The notes under the pieces were generated by a model. It saw only the letters and a list, made by a program, of their open reading frames with translations. It was not told the DNA's origin and did no database searches. The translations under genes and the position numbers were made by a program. Source: Deltaproteobacteria bacterium (GTDB taxonomy: Bacteria; Desulfobacterota; Desulfobulbia; Desulfobulbales; SURF-16). Taken from it: DNA of 64,000 nt. The number at the start of each line of letters is the position of its first letter. Position 1 is the stretch's first letter. The stretch covers positions 54,116 through 118,115 of the forward strand of contig JACRCD010000044.1 in assembly GCA_016219175.1 (NCBI GenBank), written 5' to 3'. Below are positions 8,302-17,442 of the stretch, in pieces.

Positions 8302-9747
8302 ATGACCGGAAATCAGCTGTGTAACTATCCTGTTTTTTTGCTGGAGATCATTGGCGATCTGGCGGTTCGCCATGGGGCCGGGGTTTTCGTGGTTGGCGGG
8401 ACGGTGCGTGACTGGCTGAGCGGGGTTGCCCCCCGCGACCTTGATCTTGCCGTTTCCCGGGGTGCGCTTGATTTTGCCGGGGATCTGGCCCGGCTGACCG
8501 GAGGAACCTTTGTGCTGCTGGATGAAAAGGAGCAAACCGCCCGGGTGGTCTGGCATGAATGTGTGGTTGATGTTGCCGGTTTCAGGGCTGGGGCCACGGA
8601 CATCAGGCAGGATCTGGTCAAAAGGGATTTTACCATCAATGCCATGGCCCTGCCCTTTGGTGTCGGTCTAGCGGAGGGACCGGACCCCGGTCGGATAATC
8701 GATCCCGCCGGCGGCAGGCATGATCTCAAAGGGAAAATCATCCGGGCCATCAGTCCGGAAGCCTTTGTCGATGATCCGCTCCGTCTGCTGCGCGCCTTTC
8801 GTTTTCATGCTGAAACCGGCTTTGTTATCGAACCGCGGACCTGGCAATGGCTGGCCCATTACCGGGGCCTTCTGGCCGATGTCTCCCCTGAACGGTTATC
8901 CCATGAACTTGACTGCATCATGGCCAGCAAAAGGGCCTTCGCCGCCGTGCTGCTGCTTGACAGGGCGGGGATTCTGACCGGGCTTTTCCCGGAGCTCGCC
9001 CCGGGGGCAGGGCTTGAGCAGCCGGCCAGCCATCACCTTGATGTCTTTCATCATAATCTGGAAGCGCTGCGCCGGATGGAGGAAATTATCAGGCAACCGG
9101 GTGATTTCTATCCGGGCCATGGCGAGTTCATGGGGGGATACCTTGCCGGCGGCAAAAGAGTTGTCCGGCTCAAATGGGCCGCCCTCTTTCATGATCTCGG
9201 CAAGCCGGCCGCCTGCCGCAGGGTGGACGGGCGCATCACCTTTTACAACCATGACCGGATCGGCGCGGATCTTCTCGCCGGTATCTCGAAACGGCTGCGC
9301 TGGAGCAGGGAACAGTTTGAACGAGTCAGCCGTTTTATCATTCTGCATATGTGGCCCTTCCATCTGAGCAACGTGAGAAGGAAAACAGGGGTAACAGCCA
9401 GGGCCTGTCTGAAAATCTACAAGGCGGCCGGCGATGACCTGCCCGGTCTTTTTCTGCTGGCCATGGCGGACAGTCTGGCCGGCCAGGGGGTGGACAAGCC
9501 TGCCGGCATGGAAGAGGAGTTGGCCACCCTCTACAGCCAGGTGGTGGATGTCTGCAAAAACCAGGTGGAGCCCGTGCTGGCCGGACCACGGCTCCTGACG
9601 GGCCGGGATCTGATTGGGCTGGGACTGCGGCCGGGACCTGTTTTCAAGCAGATATTGGCAGAGGTTGAAAGGGTGCAGGTGGAGGGAAAGGTCGGCAACC
9701 GTGAGCAGGCCCTGGACTGGGTCAACCATTTTTTGTCTCCCCATTGA
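8302..9747 (+). CDS. CCA tRNA nucleotidyltransferase / poly(A) polymerase with HD domain
   Basis: VVGGTVRD, DLDL, KRDFTINAMA, DDPLRLLRAFRF, LFHDLGKP. Confidence 0.93.
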   Translation: MTGNQLCNYPVFLLEIIGDLAVRHGAGVFVVGGTVRDWLSGVAPRDLDLAVSRGALDFAGDLARLTGGTFVLLDEKEQTARVVWHECVVDVAGFRAGATDIRQDLVKRDFTINAMALPFGVGLAEGPDPGRIIDPAGGRHDLKGKIIRAISPEAFVDDPLRLLRAFRFHAETGFVIEPRTWQWLAHYRGLLADVSPERLSHELDCIMASKRAFAAVLLLDRAGILTGLFPELAPGAGLEQPASHHLDVFHHNLEALRRMEEIIRQPGDFYPGHGEFMGGYLAGGKRVVRLKWAALFHDLGKPAACRRVDGRITFYNHDRIGADLLAGISKRLRWSREQFERVSRFIILHMWPFHLSNVRRKTGVTARACLKIYKAAGDDLPGLFLLAMADSLAGQGVDKPAGMEEELATLYSQVVDVCKNQVEPVLAGPRLLTGRDLIGLGLRPGPVFKQILAEVERVQVEGKVGNREQALDWVNHFLSPH

Positions 9748-9843
9748 TTTCATTTGATTTTTTTAAACATGACGTTGTAGGCTAGAAAAAAATGACCCCG
9801 CTTTGCCTTGTTACTGAAAAGCCCATGGAGACAGGTTGACAAC

Positions 9844-12330
9844 ATGAAAAATGGAGACACAGATACCCCGCAGAATCCGGCGTATGCGACAATCATCAGT
9901 TCCAAAAATTCCGAGCAGTTCAAGGAAAGGATTAAGCACCACCTGATGAGCTTCCAGGGCCGCGATCCCATGCGGGCCGGGCCACGGGATATCTATAAGG
10001 CGCTGTCCTACGCCCTGCGGGATGTGCTCGTGGAAAAATGGATCGAGACCCAGAAAAATTTCTATGCCAAGAAGAGCAAGAGGGTTTATTACCTGTCCCT
10101 TGAGTTCCTGGTAGGCCGGACCCTGGGTAACAGCCTGATTAACATGGGGCTGATGGGCGAGGTGTCCAAAGCGCTGGAACAGCTTGGCTATGATCTTGAG
10201 GAGATCAGGGAGATGGAAGAGGATGCCGCGCTCGGTAATGGCGGTCTGGGCAGGCTTGCCGCCTGTTTCATGGACTCGGTCGCCACTCTGAAGATCCCGG
10301 CTTACGGATACGGTATCCGCTATGAGTATGGCCTTTTTTATCAGAAACTGATTAACGGCTATCAGGTGGAAACCCCTGATAACTGGCTGCGCTTTGGTAC
10401 GCCCTGGGAGTTTGAGAGATCCAGCTATCTTTTTCCGGTCCATTTTTACGGCAAGGTCTACACCTATCTGGATAAGAGCGGCAACTACCGTTCCGAGTGG
10501 GTCGACACCGAGGATGTCATGGCCATGGCCTGCGACATTCTTGTTCCCGGTTTTAACAACGGACATGTCATCAATATGCGGCTGTGGACGGCCAAGGCAT
10601 CCCGCGAGCTTGATCTCAGTATTTTTAATGCGGGAGATTATATCCAGGCCGTGCAGGGCAAGGTCACCTCGGAAACGATTTCCAAGGTGCTCTATCCCTC
10701 CGATGAAATCAGGGAAGGGCAGGAGCTGCGTTTGAAACAGCAGTATTTTTTTGTGGCCGCCACCTTTCAGGATATCATGCGCCGCTATAAGAAAAAGAAC
10801 ATCTCCTTTGACCAGTTCAGCAATCAGATCGCCGTGCAGCTCAACGACACGCATCCGGCCATAGCCATCCCCGAGCTGATGCGCATTCTCCTTGATGCCG
10901 AGGGATTAAGCTGGGAAAAGGCCTGGGATGTCAGCACCAAAACCTTTGCCTATACCAATCATACCCTGATGCCGGAAGCCCTGGAAACATGGCCGGTGGA
11001 CCTTATCGGCCGGGTTCTGCCGCGTCATCTGCAGATCATCTATGAGATCAACCAGCGTTTCCTCGACCAGATTGCCCAGAAATACCCGGGAGACAGCAGA
11101 AGGTTAAGGGATATGTCCATCATCGCCGAAGGGGAGACAAAGCGGGTGCGGATGGCGCATCTGGCCATTGTCGGCAGTCATTCCGTCAACGGGGTGGCTG
11201 AGCTGCACACCCATTTGCTCAAAACAAGGATTTTCGGCGATTTTAATGAGTTCTACCAGGGGAAATTCAATAACAAGACCAACGGCATCACCCCGCGCCG
11301 CTGGCTGCTGAAGTGTAATCCCGGTCTGGCAGCCCTTGCCTCGGGGAAAATAGGCTATGAGTGGGCGACCGATCTTGACGAACTGCGAAAACTGGAAAAA
11401 TTTGCCGCGGACCCTGCTTTCCAGAAAAAATGGCGGTCAGTGAAACTTGACAACAAGAGGCGTCTGGCCCGGCTCATTGAAGAGGTCTGTGGGGTGAAGG
11501 TGAATCCCGATACGCTCTTTGATGTGCAGGTGAAAAGGATTCATGAATATAAACGCCAGCTTCTCAACGCCCTGCATGTCATTGCCCTGTATCACCGCAT
11601 CATCGGCGAGCCTGGGGTTCATGTCACCCCGCGCACTGTTATCTTTGCCGGAAAGGCCGCGCCTTCCTATCGAAAGGCGAAACTTATCATCAAGCTGATT
11701 AATTCAATTGCCGAGGTGGTCAATAATGACCCCCGGGTCGGCGATAAACTCCGGGTGGTCTTTATCCCGAATTATAATGTCTCCCTGGCTGAAAAAATCA
11801 TTCCCGCGGCGGATCTCTCCGAGCAGATATCAACCGCGGGCACCGAGGCCTCGGGAACCGGCAACATGAAGTTTTCTCTAAACGGCGCGCTGACCGTGGG
11901 CACGCTGGATGGGGCGAATATTGAAATTCTTGAGGAGGTGGGCAAGGAAAATATTTTCATTTTCGGACTTACCGCCAGCCAGGCGGAATATGAAAAGCTG
12001 CACAAGAGCCGCACGCCTGCCGCTGTGTATAACGGTAATCCCGTGGTGAAACGAATTGTTGACAGCATCGGGGATGGTATGTTCAGCTACGGAGACCGGG
12101 AGATTTTCCGGCCGATCGCCGAGGATTTATTAAATGAAAATGACCCGTATCTGTTGCTGCTTGATCTGGAATCCTACCTCGACTGTCAGGAGAAAATCGG
12201 CGCGGCCTTCCGCGATAAGAAAACCTGGACGGAGAAATCGATTCTCAATGTGGCCCGCATGGGAAAATTTTCCAGCGACCGCACGATCAGGGAATACGCC
12301 CGGGATATCTGGGGCATAAAGGATATTTGA
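9844..12330 (+). CDS. glgP: glycogen phosphorylase (E. coli/eukaryote-type)
   Basis: LGNGGLGRLAACF, QLNDTHP, KRIHEYKRQ, EASGTGNMK. Confidence 0.97.
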   Translation: MKNGDTDTPQNPAYATIISSKNSEQFKERIKHHLMSFQGRDPMRAGPRDIYKALSYALRDVLVEKWIETQKNFYAKKSKRVYYLSLEFLVGRTLGNSLINMGLMGEVSKALEQLGYDLEEIREMEEDAALGNGGLGRLAACFMDSVATLKIPAYGYGIRYEYGLFYQKLINGYQVETPDNWLRFGTPWEFERSSYLFPVHFYGKVYTYLDKSGNYRSEWVDTEDVMAMACDILVPGFNNGHVINMRLWTAKASRELDLSIFNAGDYIQAVQGKVTSETISKVLYPSDEIREGQELRLKQQYFFVAATFQDIMRRYKKKNISFDQFSNQIAVQLNDTHPAIAIPELMRILLDAEGLSWEKAWDVSTKTFAYTNHTLMPEALETWPVDLIGRVLPRHLQIIYEINQRFLDQIAQKYPGDSRRLRDMSIIAEGETKRVRMAHLAIVGSHSVNGVAELHTHLLKTRIFGDFNEFYQGKFNNKTNGITPRRWLLKCNPGLAALASGKIGYEWATDLDELRKLEKFAADPAFQKKWRSVKLDNKRRLARLIEEVCGVKVNPDTLFDVQVKRIHEYKRQLLNALHVIALYHRIIGEPGVHVTPRTVIFAGKAAPSYRKAKLIIKLINSIAEVVNNDPRVGDKLRVVFIPNYNVSLAEKIIPAADLSEQISTAGTEASGTGNMKFSLNGALTVGTLDGANIEILEEVGKENIFIFGLTASQAEYEKLHKSRTPAAVYNGNPVVKRIVDSIGDGMFSYGDREIFRPIAEDLLNENDPYLLLLDLESYLDCQEKIGAAFRDKKTWTEKSILNVARMGKFSSDRTIREYARDIWGIKDI

Positions 12331-12413
12331 TGGCTGTTGCGAATTAATCATTGCATTCTGCGTAGTTACGTTTTTTCTAATGAAGGCTTAGCCGGAGACG
12401 ATGTCGGACCGTT

Positions 12414-13472
12414 ATGTATCGCGACTTCTATAATTTAAAGGAAAAACCTTTTCAGATAACAACCGATCCGCGTTTTCTCTGGCTTGGTGAAAAACACAAG
12501 GAAGCCTTTGCCACCCTCAAGTACGGCATTTTGGATGATAAGGGTTTTTTGCTGCTCACCGGTGATGTGGGGACCGGCAAAACAACCCTTATCAATGCCC
12601 TTGTCAGAAGTCTCACCTCCAAGGTGATCCTGGCTAAAATACCTGATCCGAAGCTTGAGGAGATGGATTTTTACCGGATTATCGCCAGTCAGTTCGCCAT
12701 AAAAAAGCCTTTCAACTCCAAGGGCGAATTTCTGTTGATTTTTACCGAATTTCTGGAAAGGGCCTATGGCGCGGGCAAGCAGGTGCTGCTCATTGCCGAT
12801 GAGGCCCAGCGTTTAAGCCCGGCTTTGCTAGAAGATATCAGGCATCTCTCCAACATTGAAAAAGACCATGTCAAGCTGCTCAATATTTTTTTCGTCGGCC
12901 AGGTTGAATTCAACAATATCCTTCTGGAAAAGAAAAACAGGGCCATCAGGCAGAGAATAACCATTCATTACGCCCTTGAGCCGCTCACGGAAACGGAAAC
13001 GGGCGAATACATCAGCCACCGCCTGCTCATGGCAGGCTGCGGTGATGAGATTTTCAGCGAGGATGCGGCCCGGGAGGTCTACAGATTTTCCGGAGGCGCT
13101 CCTCGCCTGATAAATATAATTTGTGACCGGGCCCTGCTGACGGGATTTGTGGAAAACAAGAAGAAGATCGACGCCGTTGTGGTCAAGGAGTGCGCCGGTG
13201 AGCTTGCTATCTCTCCCTATGTCGAGAAGGCCGAACCGGAAAAATCCGACGCAAGGGAGCAGGATATCTCCCAGCCGGATAACGGCGGGAAAGCTGCTCC
13301 GGCACCCTCCGGCGGGTCCGGCGGCAACACGGCCGGAAGTGATGACTTTGAGCTTGACCTGGCGGGCCTCAGAAAGAAAAAGGGCGGCATGCTGGGGATA
13401 TTTTTGATCTATTTCGCCCTTGTTGCCCTGATAGGGGCTCTCTGCGCGTATTTTTTCTATCTGCCTTATTAG
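12414..13472 (+). CDS. ExeA/GspA-family AAA ATPase with C-terminal TM anchor
   Basis: MY..FY.LKEKPF, GDVGTGKTT, IADEAQ, PRLINIICDRALL; terminal hydrophobic helix. Confidence 0.9.
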   Translation: MYRDFYNLKEKPFQITTDPRFLWLGEKHKEAFATLKYGILDDKGFLLLTGDVGTGKTTLINALVRSLTSKVILAKIPDPKLEEMDFYRIIASQFAIKKPFNSKGEFLLIFTEFLERAYGAGKQVLLIADEAQRLSPALLEDIRHLSNIEKDHVKLLNIFFVGQVEFNNILLEKKNRAIRQRITIHYALEPLTETETGEYISHRLLMAGCGDEIFSEDAAREVYRFSGGAPRLINIICDRALLTGFVENKKKIDAVVVKECAGELAISPYVEKAEPEKSDAREQDISQPDNGGKAAPAPSGGSGGNTAGSDDFELDLAGLRKKKGGMLGIFLIYFALVALIGALCAYFFYLPY

Positions 13473-13479
13473 CGCTAAA

Positions 13480-13564
13480 AGGTGTTTAGGCTGTAGACTG
13501 TAGCCTATAGGGCTGTCGGTACTCATTTTTTTAAATGCCTTTCCCGCCTTCAGCCTGAACATCT
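13480..13564. repeat. imperfect 17-bp inverted repeat in intergenic spacer
   Basis: AGGTGTTTAGGCTGTAG ... CTTCAGCCTGAACATCT. Confidence 0.5.
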
Positions 13565-13586
13565 GCCCGGTTTGAGGAGAACAGGA

Positions 13587-14474
13587 ATGGGGATACGGTC
13601 GCGTATTGTTCTGATAATGGGGATATTCAGTCTCATCGCCACGATGGTCATCGGCGGGGCAAGCTATAAGCTTACCGAGCGCAATGCCGTCATGGAGGCC
13701 CGCAAAAAAGGGCAACTGCTTTTTAACTATATCATTTCCTCCCGCAAATATTTCATGACCGAGCAGCGCGCGCTGATCATGGAGCTTATCGAGGATGACC
13801 GTTTCTATCCGGAACTGATGTCCGGTTTTGTCGTCAGCCGCGGGGTCTGGGATATCTTCAAGCAAGACCATAAGGGATATGTCTTCAAGCAGGCGACGCT
13901 TGATCCGCTTTATAAGGCAAACAGGGCGGATGGCGATGAGGTGAGGATGATTGAGGCCTTCCGCCGGCGTCCTGATCTGCAAATGCAGGAAGGTATTATC
14001 GAAAAACAGGGGGAGAAGTATTTCTATCTGGCCTATCCCATCAAAGTCGACGCCAAGGATTGCCTCCGCTGTCATGGCGACCCGCTGGATGCCCCAAAGG
14101 ATCAGGTCGAGATCTATGGCGTTGAAAACGGCTATCACTGGCCAGCCGGCGATACCGTTTCCGCCTATGTCGTCTATGTCTCTATTGGGGAGGCGTTGGC
14201 CTCGGCCAAACGGATGGCGGGAATGCTTTTTCTGATCGGCATCGGTTGCTTTTTCCTGGCCTTGCTTGCCATCGGCTTTTTTCTGGACCGGAGCGTTATC
14301 GGTCCGATTGAATATCTCACCGATCGCGTTGAGGAGATCAGTCAGGGGAAAAATCTGCAGGAGAGTTTCAGGCATGATACCCATGACGAAATCGGCATAC
14401 TGGCCAGGGCGGTTGAGCATTTGCGGCACAGCATGATCAGAAGGGGACAGGGAAAAGGGCATGATCAGAATTAA
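13587..14474 (+). CDS. DUF3365/Tll0287-like c-type haem sensor with HAMP domain
   Basis: Two TMs, NRAD..E motif, CLRCH haem site, C-terminal HAMP (DEIGILARAV). Confidence 0.85.
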   Translation: MGIRSRIVLIMGIFSLIATMVIGGASYKLTERNAVMEARKKGQLLFNYIISSRKYFMTEQRALIMELIEDDRFYPELMSGFVVSRGVWDIFKQDHKGYVFKQATLDPLYKANRADGDEVRMIEAFRRRPDLQMQEGIIEKQGEKYFYLAYPIKVDAKDCLRCHGDPLDAPKDQVEIYGVENGYHWPAGDTVSAYVVYVSIGEALASAKRMAGMLFLIGIGCFFLALLAIGFFLDRSVIGPIEYLTDRVEEISQGKNLQESFRHDTHDEIGILARAVEHLRHSMIRRGQGKGHDQN

Positions 14475-15447
14475 CAGCCGGAAAATTTTGCTGCACCTTT
14501 TTTGCGCGGGCTGCCTTGGCCTGGTTTTTGTTCCGCCCCTGCCGGCTGCCGACTGTGATGCGGTCCTTGGGCGGCTGAGCGGGCTGACAGGCCTTATGCA
14601 GCGCCAGCAGTTGCTGCTGCAGGGGATTAAGGAGTGTCCGGATGATTACCGGATCAATTATGCTTATGCCTATAACCTTGAGAGGCTGCGCAAGTATCAG
14701 GAGGCCCTGTCTTACTATGAGGCGGCTGTGAGGCTGAAACCTGATTTCGCCAAGAGCTACGTCGGCATGGGGGATGTCTATCTCGTCATGGGCCAGGGCA
14801 AGGCGGCCGTTGATGCCTTGCACAAAGGATTGAGCCTTGATCCGGACAATGTCTGGGCTCAGCGTTCTTACCGGAAGGCGCTGCAGCTTGATAAGGGCGG
14901 GGTTGCCCCGCCTGCCGGGGCGGAGAGCGGATCCGCTGGGGAAATGGCGAGACGGCCGCCTGTTCCCGGAACCAATGCCGAACCTGCCAACGAGATTCAG
15001 CAGACTGTTGCCGTCAGGCAGCCTGCCGCGGCCAGGGAGGGGGTCACTGCCATCACCGCGGAGGATTTCGTGCGCAGCATGACCCGCACCGATCAGGGCT
15101 CCGTGCTGAGCATGCAGATCCAATTTGACATTTCTTCAGGCAACCTGACTGGCGAGGCAAAGGAAAAGCTGGACAGCGTTGTCTGCCAGGCCTTGCAGAG
15201 CATGGAACTGCGGGAGAGCCGCTTTGAGGTGGCCGGTCACACCGATGACCGCGGCGCCCCGGAGCATAATATGTATCTTTCCCGGATCCGGGCTCAGCAG
15301 GTCAGGGATTACCTCGTTACCAGCTGCGGCATTAATCCCGACAGGCTGACCGTGGTTTATTACGGGCAGGAACGTCCGGCCTTTCCCAACACCACCAGAC
15401 AGAACCGCATGCTGAACAGGAGGGTGGAATTCAGGCGGCTGCCGTGA
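14461..15447 (+). CDS. TPR + OmpA-like peptidoglycan-binding protein
   Basis: Signal peptide, TPR helices, GHTDDRG..N..LS..RA and NRRVEF. Confidence 0.9.
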   Translation: MIRINSRKILLHLFCAGCLGLVFVPPLPAADCDAVLGRLSGLTGLMQRQQLLLQGIKECPDDYRINYAYAYNLERLRKYQEALSYYEAAVRLKPDFAKSYVGMGDVYLVMGQGKAAVDALHKGLSLDPDNVWAQRSYRKALQLDKGGVAPPAGAESGSAGEMARRPPVPGTNAEPANEIQQTVAVRQPAAAREGVTAITAEDFVRSMTRTDQGSVLSMQIQFDISSGNLTGEAKEKLDSVVCQALQSMELRESRFEVAGHTDDRGAPEHNMYLSRIRAQQVRDYLVTSCGINPDRLTVVYYGQERPAFPNTTRQNRMLNRRVEFRRLP

Positions 15448-15514
15448 AGGTGTCGTCATAAACACCTTCGACAATCTTCATTCTATCCCCTGCGCAGTTA
15501 CACCCGAACATCCC

Positions 15515-17293
15515 TTATAGAGACTGGTCGGGAGGGCACGCGGCCTTTGCCGGGGGCGCCGCAAGTGTCTTGACATTCATGGCCTGGGCCATGATGGAAA
15601 AATATGCCTCCCTGTAGGTGTTGAGGTCGAACAGCCCTTTGTGGGTGGCGAACTTGCCGGAGCGGTCCCGTTTGATTTTTCCCTGCATTGCGTAGTTCAG
15701 GATAATCTGGGGGACATCGTAGTGGTGGATGGTGTTGTATTGCACGGACCGCCCGTTTTCAATGAAATAGATGCGGTTGGTGTGAAGATAGCCCTCCTGT
15801 TTGCCCAGATAATTAAAGTTGTCGTAGGTGCCGGGACCACGTTGCAGCGGGGGCAGATGGTCGCTCATCAGAATAATAAGGCTTTTGGGGTCAACCTTGA
15901 GGAGCCCCTTCACGTAAGCGGCAATGGCCTCGGTGCGGTAGTAATATTGGTTGACGGACTTCTCGAAGTGGTCATCCTGGTAGTCTCCCAGCACTTTGAT
16001 GATCTTGGGGCGCTGGTCCGTGTCGATCTGGTGGGGGGTGTGACCATAAATGGACATGATGTAATTGAATATGGGCGCATCGGGATTTTCCTTGATCCGC
16101 CGGGCGACAAATGCCAGGTTCTGGGCCAGCAGGTCGCCGTCGAACATGTATTTCTCTCTCTTGTCTTCCTCCTTGGCCGCATCCTCCGCCATCTGGTTGG
16201 AAACCAGATAGGTTTCGCCCACCGGCGCATATTCGCTGGGATAATAGGTTTGCTCAAAGCCCAAGCCTTCATAGGCGTTGACTGAATTGAAGAAATCCGG
16301 CACAAAGGCGTTGGTGGCGACAGTCTGGTAGCCGGCCTGACTGAGAATGTTGGGCAGACAAAGGGTTTTGGCCCCGGTGAAGACATTGAATTCGATGCCG
16401 GAAAGTTCCCGCATGGCTGGCACCCCGCAGAGCACTTCAAATTCGGCCTGGGCTGTCGCCCCTCCGAAAACCGGGGATACGGAGTATCCTCCCTTGTCCT
16501 TGAACAGTTTCTCAAAGTCGGGGTGGACAGGGTTTTGCGAAAAACGGGCATTCTGGAACAGGGTCGGGTCCATGAAGCTCTCGAGCACGATCAGATGGAC
16601 ATTGCGTTTGGTTCGCTGGTCGGAGATTGTATGGACGACCTTGCTGTATTCCATGAGCTGTGGCGGTTTGTCCCGGTAGGCTGCTGTTTTTTCATAAGAG
16701 CTGTTCTGTCTGGCCTGGTTGTAAAGCATCATGCTGATCCGGCCGTTATTGTAAGCGCTCTTGGCGTCGGAATAAAAGACAATCTCTTGCTGCGTTTTTT
16801 CAAAACCACGCATGAAAGGGTCAGGGATAAAGGCAACAGCCAGGCCGAGGGCCAAAAGCGGCACACCGCCCAGAGCCAAGACACGGATGCGCCGCCATTG
16901 CAGGGAGAGGAAAAAGGCCAGCAGGGGCAGGCCGCACACCAGAATGATGAGAATCTTGATCCCGTTGGGGATTATATGGAACAGCTCCGGTAACTCGGAG
17001 ACTTCATTAATACGCAGCAGTCTGCCCAGTTGCAGGAAATATACATCGGAAATTGCGTAAAGAAGGAGGATGGGAATAGCCGCTATCAGAAACTGGAACC
17101 GCGATTTGCGGGTGATCTGGTTGAAATAAAAGTAGATGTAGAGAAGAAGCGGGGTCTCAAGGCGCCAGGCCGGCAGCAAGGCGGGCAAGCAGCCGTAGAG
17201 CTCGGCAATCCAGGTATAGACCAGCAGAAAGAGCAGGAAGAAGGTGTAGCGATTAACCGCCAGGAGCTTCAGGTGCGAAAGAGAAAAACGCAT
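15515..17293 (-). CDS. LTA synthase family / phosphoglycerol transferase (sulfatase fold)
   Basis: N-terminal TMs, LIVLESF, FGGATAQAEFE (catalytic Thr), SDHLP. Confidence 0.88.
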   Translation of the reverse strand: MRFSLSHLKLLAVNRYTFFLLFLLVYTWIAELYGCLPALLPAWRLETPLLLYIYFYFNQITRKSRFQFLIAAIPILLLYAISDVYFLQLGRLLRINEVSELPELFHIIPNGIKILIILVCGLPLLAFFLSLQWRRIRVLALGGVPLLALGLAVAFIPDPFMRGFEKTQQEIVFYSDAKSAYNNGRISMMLYNQARQNSSYEKTAAYRDKPPQLMEYSKVVHTISDQRTKRNVHLIVLESFMDPTLFQNARFSQNPVHPDFEKLFKDKGGYSVSPVFGGATAQAEFEVLCGVPAMRELSGIEFNVFTGAKTLCLPNILSQAGYQTVATNAFVPDFFNSVNAYEGLGFEQTYYPSEYAPVGETYLVSNQMAEDAAKEEDKREKYMFDGDLLAQNLAFVARRIKENPDAPIFNYIMSIYGHTPHQIDTDQRPKIIKVLGDYQDDHFEKSVNQYYYRTEAIAAYVKGLLKVDPKSLIILMSDHLPPLQRGPGTYDNFNYLGKQEGYLHTNRIYFIENGRSVQYNTIHHYDVPQIILNYAMQGKIKRDRSGKFATHKGLFDLNTYREAYFSIMAQAMNVKTLAAPPAKAACPPDQSL

Positions 17294-17442
17294 AGTTGGT
17301 GTCGTGTCTTGCCTTTGCAAGGCACCCTTTTAACGGAAAAGATATTTCCAGTAAAGTTGGGTAAATCAGATCCAGATAATAACGAAATATTATACTCATG
17401 AAGGGCTATATATGCAAGGTGTTCGTGAAACTGCCCAGGAGC

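Noticed and set aside
12828-14462. Long minus-strand ORF of 544 aa (likewise 52832-54166, 6811-7962, 59142-60263, 17608-18666)
   Set aside because: These are antisense shadows of well-supported genes in GC-rich DNA, with no recognisable motifs
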